Shown: positions 29,051-37,899 of the stretch, one piece after another
Numbering within the stretch: position 1 is the first letter of the stretch
Layout: each line of letters opens with the position of its first letter
Assembly (NCBI GenBank): GCA_963695795.1
Contig: CAVOHU010000006.1
Location: 276,083-340,082, forward strand
Length of the DNA stretch: 64,000 bases
Reading direction: 5' to 3'
DNA from: an uncultured Acidobacteriota bacterium
Lineage (GTDB): Bacteria; Acidobacteriota; Vicinamibacteria; Vicinamibacterales; JAKQTR01
Program-made: the position numbers and the translations under genes
Notes under the pieces: generated by a model
Told to the model about the DNA's origin: nothing
Seen by the model: only the letters and a program-made list of their open reading frames with translations
Database searches by the model: none

Positions 29051-29793
29051 ACCGCCCTCGTTTCGACGAGCCGCGACCCGCAGGACTTGCAGAATCGCGC
29101 GTCCAGATCGTTCGCGCTCCCGCACGCCACGCACGTCCCGGGCGCCGGCGCCGCGTCCCGCGTCAGTCTGGCGGGCTCGAGAGGGACGTTCGCAGGCGCG
29201 GCGGGTGCCGACGGCAGCCTGGCCGTTCCCGCGGCGCCGAGGCGCGCGGAAAGCTCCCGCTCGATGAGGTCCCGGTAGCCGGCTCCGCCGCCGTCGAGCT
29301 GGCGAATCAGCCCCGCCGCGCGCGTCCGGAGCCGGCCCATCATGTCGTGGTAGTCGCCGTCGGAGATCTTCCGCATCGCCCAGTCGAATTCCAACTCCTT
29401 GATCGACCGCAGTACGAGCGTCTTCTCACGCTCGATCGCGGCCCGGGTCTGACCGCCGAGCATCTCGGTCTGCTCCCCGGATTCGGGGGCGACAAACGGC
29501 ATCACGCTCCGGAAGAACGCGGCCGTCACGAGGCCGGCCGCCGCGATCGCCACGGCGATCGAGACGGTATTGGCAGTCGTCGAACCTGAGGTAGCGACGA
29601 CCGACGCGACCACGGCGATCGCGGTCAGCGCGAGCACGAAGTGCCACGGGCGTATGCCCGTGGTCGCGGATTCCTCCCCCGCCCTCGATTTCGAAGCGGC
29701 ATCCGCCGCGGGCTTCGCCGGCCGCCTTTCGGGCACGACGGCGCCGTTCACGCGGTGTTTCCGCTTCGAGTGCGGCGGTGAGGCAACACTCAT
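29047..29793 (-). CDS. Two-TM membrane protein with cytoplasmic coiled-coil motif and C-terminal zinc ribbon; function unknown (gene X of the ccm operon)
   Basis: ATG 29793 overlaps the ccmF stop (ATGA). Has a basic N-terminus and two TM helices (WHFVLALTAIAVVASVVAT, VSIAVAIAAAGLVTAAFF). Then comes ELEFDWAMRKISDGDYHDMMGRLRTRAAGLIRQLD and a terminal CVACGSANDLDARFCKSCG (CxxC-x10-CxxC). Confidence 0.55.
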   Translation of the reverse strand: MSVASPPHSKRKHRVNGAVVPERRPAKPAADAASKSRAGEESATTGIRPWHFVLALTAIAVVASVVATSGSTTANTVSIAVAIAAAGLVTAAFFRSVMPFVAPESGEQTEMLGGQTRAAIEREKTLVLRSIKELEFDWAMRKISDGDYHDMMGRLRTRAAGLIRQLDGGGAGYRDLIERELSARLGAAGTARLPSAPAAPANVPLEPARLTRDAAPAPGTCVACGSANDLDARFCKSCGSRLVETRAV

Positions 29794-31912
29794 CTCGTCT
29801 GCTCCCCGCCGGAGCTGCCGGTGACGGCCGGCTGCGCCGGACCCTCGCCTGACGCCCGGCGGTGCATCGCACTCCGGACGAGATCCGGCGAGAGCAACGC
29901 GACGCCGAGCAGCAGCACGAGCGGCGTCGCCACGGCGCCAGCCGGAATGCGCGACTGCGCGAAGGCGAAGGTCCGCTCGGGCAGCAGGCAGATCCCCGTG
30001 CCGAGCAGCAGGACGGTGAAGCCCGTCCAGATCCAGTTGACGAGCGGATTGATGACGACCTGGACGCTGATGGACTGGTCCTTGAGATCGTAGGCCGGCA
30101 TCACGAGATACAGATCCTCGGTGATGCTCCGGCGGATGGCCACCTCGGTCGTCGGCTGCTCCTCGTGCTTGCGATAGAAGTAGCGGGCCGGGTACATGGT
30201 GCCGATCGACTTGCCGTCCTCCGACACCGCGACCTGCCCGGTCACCATCTGTTTCGCGCCGTCGTCGGTCACGCGGACGCCGTCGTTCCTCACCGTGAAA
30301 TGGCGCAGCGTGGCGCTCTGCCCCTGCTTGAGCGCGAACTGCTGGTCGGCTTGGAACGCCTGCCCCGCGAACCCGAGGAACATGAGCACGATGCCCAGGT
30401 GCACGATGTAGCCGCCGTAGCGCCGCTTCTCGCGCGCCACGAGCCCGATGAGCGCCGTCACCACGTCGCTGCCGGTCGCGCCTTTCCTGACGCGGGCGCC
30501 CCGCACGAATTCCTGGAAGATGGACGTCGAGACGAAGGCGCTGAACGCGAAGCAGATGACCGGCGCGATCCGGTGCATCGCCGAGCGCGACCATGACGCC
30601 GGCGGTGAGGATGGCGACCGACACCGGCCAGGTGAACTGCTCCCGGAAATTCGCGACCGTCGACTTCTTCCAGGCCATCAGCGGCGCGACGCCCGTGAGC
30701 AGCAGGATCACGAGGCCGATCGGGACCATCCAGCGGTTGAAGAACGGCGGCCCAACCGTCAGGCGATTCCCCGTGAACGCCTCACTCAGCGTCGGGAACA
30801 TCGTGGCGAACAGCACGAAGAGCGCCGAGAAGAGGAGGATCCAGTTGTTCGCCACGAAGGCCGCCTCGCGCGAGATCCACGAGTCGAGCTCGTGGCGCGG
30901 CTTGAGGAGCGGCAGCCGGTAGATCACCCAGAAGAACCCGAAGACGAGCGAGGTCGCCATGAAGACGATGAACATCCACATGAGCGCCCGATCCTCGCCG
31001 AACGCGTGGACCGACTGCACGACGCCCGAGCGCGTCATGAACGTGCCGAAGATCGTCAGCATGAAGGTCACGATCACCAGCGTGACGTTCCACACCTTCA
31101 GCATCCCGCGGCGCTCCTGCACGATGACCGAGTGCAGGAAGGCGGACGCCGTGAACCACGGGAGCAGGCCGGCGTTCTCGACCGGGTCCCACGCCCAGTA
31201 GCCGCCCCAGCCGAGCTCCTCGTAGGCCCAGATCATGCCGAGCGTCAGGCCGAGCGTCAGGAAGAGCCAGCTCACCATCGTCCAGCGGCGGACCGCACGC
31301 AGCCAGGAATCGTCGAGGTGGCCGGTGATGAGCGCCGCCATGCCGAACGCGAACGGGATCGTCATCCCCACGAATCCGGTATAGAGCGAGCGGCGGGTGC
31401 ACCACCATGTACACGTTCTGGAGGAGCGGATTGAGGCCCTGGCCGTCGGAGGGCGACTGGGTGAGAAAGACGTCGAAGGGGTTCTTGTGCACGATCATCA
31501 CGAACAGGAAGAACATCTCGACGCCGGCGATGGTCGCCACGACGTAGGGAATCAGTTCGCGGTGGCGGTCGCGGTTGACCCAGATGGCCGTCGTTCCGAA
31601 GGCGGCGAGCAGCGTCACCCAGAACATGATCGAGCCGTCCAGGCCGCCCCAGTACGACGTGATCTTGTAGAAGAGCGGCTGCACCGCGTCCGAGTAGTGC
31701 TGCACGTACTTGACCGAGTAGTCGTTGGTCACGAAGGCGTGCACGAGAATTGCCGAGGCGAGCCCCATGAGCGCGGTCAGCAGGTAGAACGAGCCGACGC
31801 CGCTTTCGATGAGCCGGCGCGAGCCGCGGCGGGCGCCGGCCACCGACGCGGCCATCGCGTACGCACACACCACGAACGCGGAAGCCAGCACAAACGTGCC
31901 GATGGTTGCCAT
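29790..31912 (-). pseudogene. ccmF: Cytochrome c heme lyase/heme handling protein CcmF, frame-disrupted as sequenced (extra bases near 31387 and 30579)
   Basis: Three collinear pieces sit in three frames. Piece 1: MATIGTFVLASAF...LLQNVYMVVHPPL. Piece 2: LYTGFVGMTIPFAFGMAAL...GWGGYWAWDPVENAGLLPW (WWD motif)...LTAGVMVALG. Piece 3: MHRIAPVICFAFSAF...VINPLVNWIWTG. The junctions are CCGCCGCTC[G]CTCTATACC and CTCGGC[G]ATGCAC. Length is 3n+2. Confidence 0.85.
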
Positions 31913-32022
31913 ATGTCAGTCCTCCCTACCGGGGACCGTCACGCACACGCTCTCCATCGGAACGGTGAACGACGGGTAGGGGTATCGAATGTCACGGAAG
32001 GCCAGGGAACGGACCGCGGCTC

Positions 32023-32442
32023 CTATCGGCCGGGTCCCTTCTTCTGGTCGTTTTTCGGTTCGTATTTCGACGGGCACTTGGCCATGACGCCGTTGGGCGC
32101 CACCTTGAAGCCCTCAGCGTCCAGCCGCCCCTTCAGCACGACTTCCGAGTCGTCCTTGAAGGTGTCCGGAACCACCCCGGTGTAGGACGCGGTGATGACC
32201 GCGCCCTTGCTCTGGACTTTGAAGCGGTACTCCAGGGTGTCGCGTTTGCGCAGGATCGATTCCGGAACGATGAACCCGTGCAGTTGCAGGTTCTTGCCCT
32301 GCCACTGGGCGGGCTCCGACATGACCTCCTCCACGTGCTTGTAGTACTCGGTTCCCTCGCTGAGGGTCGACCAGAGCAGGCCCGCCAGGGCCAGCACCAG
32401 GACGAGGCTCGTGATCCCGATTCTGACGGCCTTCTGACTCAT
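32023..32442 (-). CDS. ccmE: Heme chaperone CcmE, Cys-type (CxxxY) variant
   Basis: 139-aa ORF with an N-terminal TM anchor and an OB-fold core (LQLHGFIV...VVLKGRL). The heme-binding position reads MAKCPSKYE, with Cys codon TGC at 32074-32076, where classical CcmE has HxxxY. Confidence 0.9.
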   Translation of the reverse strand: MSQKAVRIGITSLVLVLALAGLLWSTLSEGTEYYKHVEEVMSEPAQWQGKNLQLHGFIVPESILRKRDTLEYRFKVQSKGAVITASYTGVVPDTFKDDSEVVLKGRLDAEGFKVAPNGVMAKCPSKYEPKNDQKKGPGR

Positions 32443-33097
32443 AGGCTTTGACTTAGCTCACACGCTCGCCCTTCCAGAATAACCCCGATATCCGACGGGG
32501 TCAATCGAGGTCCGCCCGCTGCACTCTCGCGTTCCGAGGCGGGCTCGTACCCGGCCCTGTCCGCGCCCCCCTGGCGCGCGAGACGGAGATCGAGCGCGCC
32601 GGCGCCTGGCAGGCGGCCCGAAAGACCTCCCAACCGGCCGCCGTTTGTGATATACAGTGCCAGCCTTGTTTGTCCCGCCCCTGGGGTGCTGTCCACCGCA
32701 CTCCCGCGCGTTGTAATCACTCAAGTCATTTCCTGCCCGCTCGACTACTTATGCGAGCATTTGTGCGGCACACCTTGCAGGCGGGTCTGGCGAGTCGCAC
32801 GGCCTCTCGCAGGCTCTCGTCTCGTGTGGCGACCCGCCCGGGCGGTCTGGCACTCCTCCCGCGCCCCCGTCGCGCTGCCCCAATCACGGTCTCTATCCCC
32901 TTCGTCAGTACGGTGAACCAGTCAGCCGGAGTCGGCGGACGTCGGATCTTTCGTTCGGCGTAGCGGCGCATCGGCGGTCTTGTCGCAGTCGAGGTGCGGG
33001 CTCATCACCCGAGCGGTAGCGGAGTGCGGCCTGGTCCGCTGCCGGTCCCGTCAAGGGACCGTGCCGCGGCATCGGCCGGAGACCAGGAGGTGCGGGA

Positions 33098-33943
33098 ATG
33101 GACGTTCAGGGTGTCCGCTCGATCGTTCAGAAACACAGCGGGCAACGGGGAGCCATGATTTCCATCCTGGAGGACGTGCAAGAGCAGTGTGGCTATCTGC
33201 CCGCTGACGCCCTCGAAGCAGTCGCCGACGCGACGGGACGTTCGCTGGTCGATGTCTACGGGATCGCGACGTTCTACCGCGCGTTCAGCCTGAAGCCCCG
33301 CGGCAAACACGTCTGCACGGTCTGCCTTGGAACCGCCTGCCACGTGCGAGGAGCCCCGGCCGTCGCTGACCAGTTCGAGAATCGGCTCGAGGTGGCGCGC
33401 GGGGAGACGACACCCGACGGGGAGTTCACGCTCGAAACGGTCAACTGCCTCGGCGCCTGCGCCCTCGGTCCAATCGTCGTCGTCGACGGGCATTACTTCT
33501 CGAACGTCTCGACGGGACGCGTAAAGGACATCCTGCAGCAAGCCGAGGCCGGCCTGGACCGGGAGCAGGAGGGTGCCGAGCACGCATTTCCGCTCAGTGT
33601 CAGGTGTCCCCGGTGCAACCACAGCCTGATGGATGCCGAGCATCCCATCGAGGGCTACGCCTCGATCGCGTTCCTGATGTCATCAGGCGGCGAGCAGGGC
33701 TGGCTACGTCTCTCAGCCCTGTACGGGACGCGTGCCTTCGAGACGGAACACGAAATGGCGGCGGGAAGCGTGGCGCGCCTGTTCTGTCCGCACTGCGTCG
33801 GCGAACTCGGGGGCAGCACCGTGTGCCTGGAATGCGACGCGCCCCGGGTGCCGCTCATCGTGGAGGGCGGCGCCATCCTGCAGGTGTGTTCGCGCTTGGG
33901 CTGCAAGGGCCACATGCTCGACCTGAGCGGCGTCAACTGCTGA
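33098..33943 (+). CDS. NuoE/HoxE/HydC-like [2Fe-2S] thioredoxin-fold subunit with C-terminal Cys-rich extension
   Basis: NuoE motifs: ILEDVQEQCGYLP, CTVCLGTACHVRG and VNCLGACALGP. There is an extra ~115 aa with CPRC...CPHC...CLEC...CSRLGCKGH. Confidence 0.85.
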   Translation: MDVQGVRSIVQKHSGQRGAMISILEDVQEQCGYLPADALEAVADATGRSLVDVYGIATFYRAFSLKPRGKHVCTVCLGTACHVRGAPAVADQFENRLEVARGETTPDGEFTLETVNCLGACALGPIVVVDGHYFSNVSTGRVKDILQQAEAGLDREQEGAEHAFPLSVRCPRCNHSLMDAEHPIEGYASIAFLMSSGGEQGWLRLSALYGTRAFETEHEMAAGSVARLFCPHCVGELGGSTVCLECDAPRVPLIVEGGAILQVCSRLGCKGHMLDLSGVNC

Positions 33944-34044
33944 CCGGTACTGAGCCCTGTGGGCCGGGGCGCTCCTCGATCGAGGTCCGGAACAGGGCGT
34001 TTGGACCTCAGGGCTCGAGAGCTCACGGATGAAGGGACACTGGT

Positions 34045-37000
34045 ATGGAACCACTCGAATCCATTAACGAGTTTGCCGCCTTGCGGGCGCGTCTCGCAGC
34101 AGCCCGAGACCCGGTTCGACCGGTCGTCGTCATTTCGGCCGGCACGTGCGGGCAGGCCAGCGGAGCAAACGACCTCATTCGTTCGGCCAAGAGTGAGTTG
34201 CTCGCCGCCGGCCTGACCAGCGCCATCGGGTTGCGCGTAACCGGGTGTCACGGCTACTGCCAGATGGAGCCTTCCGTGCTTGTCGAGCCGCGCGGAACGT
34301 TCTACCCCAAGGTCACCCCGCGCGACATGGCCCGGATCATCGGGGCCGTTCGGCAGGGAGGGGTCGTCGACGACCTCCTCTATCAGGATCTCCTCACGGG
34401 CCGGCCGATCGAAAAGCAGCACGACCTGCCCTTCTATGCGAGCCAGGTGCGGACCATCCTCAGCTTCAACGAGAAGGTCGATCCAACTCGCGTGTTCACC
34501 TACATCGAGCACGGCGGATACACCGCCCTGCAAGCGGCGTTGGCCAGGGGCGACCCGGCGTGGGTCCTCGCAGAGGTCAAGGCATCACGCCTGCGCGGGC
34601 GCGGCGGCGCGGGATTCCCCACCGGCGTGAAATGGGAGGCGTTGGCGTCGCAGCGGAACGGACACGGCAAGATCCTCGTGTGCAACGCCGATGAAGGCGA
34701 CCCTGGGGCCTACATGGACCGCAGTGTGCTCGAGGGCAACCCCCACAGCATCCTCGAAGGCATGATCATCGGCGCGTATGCGACGGGGGCGACCGAAGGC
34801 GTGATCTACGTGCGGAGCGAATACCCGCTGGCGGTCAAGCACCTCAAGGTCGCGCTCCGGCAAGCTCGAGAGCTCGGGCTCCTCGGCAAGAACATTCTGG
34901 GCTCGGGGCTCTCGTTCGACATCTCGATCGTCAAGGGCGCCGGGGCGTTCGTCTGCGGCGAGGAGACGGCGCTCATGCGCTCGGTCGAGGGCAAGATGGG
35001 CGAACCGCGGCAGCGGCCGCCGTACCCGGTTCAGCGGGGCATCGACGGGAAGCCGACCGCGATCAACAACGTCGAGACGTGGGCCAACGTGCCGGCCATC
35101 CTCCGGCAGGGGGCCGCGACCTACGCCGCGATCGGCACCGCGAGCAACACGGGCACGAAGATCTTCAGCCTGGTCGGCAAGACGAAGAACACCGGACTGG
35201 TTGAAGTGCCGATGGGCATGACCATCGAGGACATCGTCACCCGCATCGGCGGCGGACCTTCGGGGAACGCGCGGATCAAGGCGGTGCAGACCGGCGGTCC
35301 CTCAGGCGGGTGCATCCCGTCGCAGATGTTCGACCTGCCCATCGACTTCGAGAGCCTCGCGCAAGCGGGGTCGATCATGGGGTCGGGCGGCATGATCGTC
35401 ATGGACGAGAACACCTGCATGGTGGATGTCGCGAAGTACTTCATGCACTTCCTCAAGGACGAGTCCTGCGGGAAGTGTTTCACGTGCCGCAAGGGAACCC
35501 AGCGGATGTACGAGATCCTGGAGGACATCTCCACCGGCAAGGGCACCCTCGACGGATTGGCGCTGCTCGAGGAGCTGGCGGTCGTCGTGAAGGACACGAC
35601 GATGTGCGGACTCGGACAGACCGCGGCGAATCCCGTATTGAGCACGCTTCGGTATTTCAGGCGCGAGTACGAGCGCCATATTCTGGACCTGAAGTGCGAC
35701 GCCTTCGTCTGCAAGGACCTGGTCGGCGCGCCCTGCCAGGCCGCCTGCCCGATTGGCACCGAAGCCTGGCGGTACGTGGCGCATCTGGCCCGAGGTGAGT
35801 ACGAAGAGGCGTACCGCGTGATCCGGGAAGCGAATCCGTTCCCGTCCGTCTGCGCGCGGGTCTGCGACCACCCGTGCGAAGAGCGATGCCGGCTTGGCAC
35901 GACCGGAGGCCGGCCCATTGCCATCCGCGCGTTGAAGCGGTTCATCACGGACCATGTCGATCCGTCGGTGTACCGGCCCGTGCGGCGGGCGGGAACGGCC
36001 ATGGCCATGCCGCCCATCGCGATCGTCGGTTCGGGACCCGCCGGGCTGACGGCCGCGCACTATCTGTCGCTCGACGGATACGCGGTCACGGTGTTCGAGG
36101 CCGACGATCGGCCCGGCGGCATGCTGGTCAGCGGGATTCCAGCCTATCGCTTACGGCGCGATACCCTGCGCAGGGAGATCGACGCGCTGCTCGACGGGCA
36201 CATCGATCTTCGGTGCGACACGGCGCTCGGCCGCGACCTCACGATCGACAGCCTGTTCGCGGACGGGTTCAAGGCGGTGTTCGTTGCCTTGGGCGCCCAC
36301 CGGAGCCGGCGGCTCAATATCGACGGCGAGCATATCGACGGCGTCATCCCGGCGATCCAGTTCCTGAAGGCCTTCAACCTCCGGGGCGAGACGCTCGCCC
36401 GGGGCCACGTCGGCATCATCGGCGGCGGCAACTCCGCGGTCGACGCGGCCCGGGTCGCCTTGCGCCAGGAGGACGTCGAGAGCGTCACGATCTTCTACCG
36501 GCGCACGCGGCAGGACATGCCGGCGCTGAAGGAAGAGATCGCGGCCGCGCTCGCGGAAGGCATCACGCTCAGGTGCCTCGTGGCGCCGTCCAGGATTCTC
36601 TCTCAGGACGGCCACCTGACCGGGCTCGAGTGCGTCCGCACGACGCTCGGGCGCATGGACGCCAGCGGGCGGAGGCATCCGACCACCGTTCCAGCCAGCG
36701 AGTTCACCACCTCGCTCGACTACCTGATCGTCACGATCGGCGACGAACCCGACATCGACTACATCTCGTCGATGGGCCTCACGGTCACCGACCGTGGCAC
36801 GCTCGCGGTCGACCCCGAGACGCTCGCGACCAACCGCGCCGGCGTGTTCGCGGGCGGCGATGTGGTCACCGGCCCGAACACGGTGGTGGAGGCGATTGCG
36901 GCCGGCAAGAAAGCGGCGGTCGTGATTGATCGGTACCTGAGAGGAGAAGAACTGCGGAAACCGGCGACGCCGAATCTTCCCAAGGTGTACGTGGAGCCGG

Positions 37001-37173
37001 TGCCCGTCACCGACGCGGAGAGCGCAAAGAATGTTCGCGTTGTGCCACCCACGCTGCCGCCCGAGGTGCGCAAACGGAGTTTCGCAGAGGTCGAGTTCTC
37101 GCTGCTGGCCGAGGAAGCCACCAGCGAGGCCCGTCGCTGTATGCGATGCGATCTGGAGTTCACTCGGGTGTAG
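34045..37173 (+). CDS. Fusion flavoprotein: HydB/NuoF-like NADH-FMN-FeS module fused to GltD-like FAD/NAD(P)H oxidoreductase
   Basis: 1042-aa intact ORF. It has an N-terminal thioredoxin-like 2Fe-2S domain and the NuoF motifs GRGGAGFPTGVKW and ESCGKCFTCRKG. The GltD-type Fe-S region is CQAACPIG...CARVCDHPCEERC. Dinucleotide folds: IVGSGPAGLTAAHYL and IIGGGNSAVDAAR. Confidence 0.85.
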   Translation: MEPLESINEFAALRARLAAARDPVRPVVVISAGTCGQASGANDLIRSAKSELLAAGLTSAIGLRVTGCHGYCQMEPSVLVEPRGTFYPKVTPRDMARIIGAVRQGGVVDDLLYQDLLTGRPIEKQHDLPFYASQVRTILSFNEKVDPTRVFTYIEHGGYTALQAALARGDPAWVLAEVKASRLRGRGGAGFPTGVKWEALASQRNGHGKILVCNADEGDPGAYMDRSVLEGNPHSILEGMIIGAYATGATEGVIYVRSEYPLAVKHLKVALRQARELGLLGKNILGSGLSFDISIVKGAGAFVCGEETALMRSVEGKMGEPRQRPPYPVQRGIDGKPTAINNVETWANVPAILRQGAATYAAIGTASNTGTKIFSLVGKTKNTGLVEVPMGMTIEDIVTRIGGGPSGNARIKAVQTGGPSGGCIPSQMFDLPIDFESLAQAGSIMGSGGMIVMDENTCMVDVAKYFMHFLKDESCGKCFTCRKGTQRMYEILEDISTGKGTLDGLALLEELAVVVKDTTMCGLGQTAANPVLSTLRYFRREYERHILDLKCDAFVCKDLVGAPCQAACPIGTEAWRYVAHLARGEYEEAYRVIREANPFPSVCARVCDHPCEERCRLGTTGGRPIAIRALKRFITDHVDPSVYRPVRRAGTAMAMPPIAIVGSGPAGLTAAHYLSLDGYAVTVFEADDRPGGMLVSGIPAYRLRRDTLRREIDALLDGHIDLRCDTALGRDLTIDSLFADGFKAVFVALGAHRSRRLNIDGEHIDGVIPAIQFLKAFNLRGETLARGHVGIIGGGNSAVDAARVALRQEDVESVTIFYRRTRQDMPALKEEIAAALAEGITLRCLVAPSRILSQDGHLTGLECVRTTLGRMDASGRRHPTTVPASEFTTSLDYLIVTIGDEPDIDYISSMGLTVTDRGTLAVDPETLATNRAGVFAGGDVVTGPNTVVEAIAAGKKAAVVIDRYLRGEELRKPATPNLPKVYVEPVPVTDAESAKNVRVVPPTLPPEVRKRSFAEVEFSLLAEEATSEARRCMRCDLEFTRV

Positions 37174-37196
37174 CGGCCGGAGGGAGGGATCGCCAC

Positions 37197-37878
37197 ATGA
37201 TTTCGTTGAAACTCAACGGGTTGCCGGTGTCGGTCGAGAAAGGCACCACGCTGCTCGAGGCGGCACGGTTCCTCGGTTTTCCGATCCCGACGTTGTGCCA
37301 CATGGAGGGACTCTCGCCCTACGGGGCGTGCCGCCTGTGCGTCGTGGAGATCGGCGAGGGGCCCAAGGCGCGGCTGGTGTCCTCGTGCACCTACCCGGCC
37401 GAAGAAGGGCTCATCGTGCGCACCGCCTCGGCCCGGGTCGTGCGCGCGCGGAAGATGATCGATCGAGCTCCTGCTCGCGTCGTGCCCGCAGTCCAAGGTG
37501 ATCCAGGACCTCGCCTCTGCCCACGGCGTGCGGCAGCAGCGATTCCGGCAGGAACACGAGGACTGCATCCTCTGCGGCCTGTGCGTGCGGATGTGCAAGG
37601 AGCAGATGATGGCCGGCGCGATCGGCTTCCGCGGACGCGGCGAGACCGGCGCATCTGGGCACGCCCTTCGACAAGACACTCGGAGGTGTGCCGCCTGTGC
37701 GGCGGCTGCATGTACGTCTGCCCGGCCTGCCAGCTGCGCTGCACGTTCACCGAACCCGACAAGGCGATCTGCGGCGGGTGCGCCAACCTGAGCCCGCCGT
37801 GCCTCGAGAAGGCAGACGTTCGACGACATGATGTGCTACATGACCCCCTGCGTCGCCTGCGAGATCCGCAAGGAATGA
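37197..37878 (+). pseudogene. 2Fe-2S / 4Fe-4S ferredoxin-like subunit (NuoG N-terminal-like), heavily frame-disrupted as sequenced (at least 4 indels)
   Basis: ATG 37197 follows GGAGGGAGGG. MISLKLNGLPVSVEKGTTLLEAARFLGFPIPTLCHMEGLSPYGACRLCVVEI is a 2Fe-2S Fer2_4-type motif. The collinear pieces are ELLLASCPQSKVIQDLASAHGV...CILCGLCVRMC, GTPFDKT, SEVCRLCGGCMYVCPAC and QTFDDMMCYMTPCVACEIRKE*. They sit in successive frames, with shifts near 37464, ~37650, ~37680 and 37812. Confidence 0.65.
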
Positions 37879-37899
37879 CCGGAGAAGGAGGAGACTCAA

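Noticed and set aside
29047-31371. 774-aa ORF read as one protein
   Set aside because: It is a chimera: the middle part of CcmF, then an out-of-frame stretch, then the separate zinc-ribbon gene X. The CcmF C-terminal third lies in ORF 29790-30578.
32443-33097. Possible RNase P, SRP, tmRNA or 6S RNA gene, or a riboswitch, in the long spacer
   Set aside because: I could not find any of the conserved core motifs, such as GGAAAGTCCGG for RNase P, the SRP GGAA tetraloop helix context, or a tRNA-like 3' end for tmRNA. The spacer is kept only as an unexplained long intergenic region.
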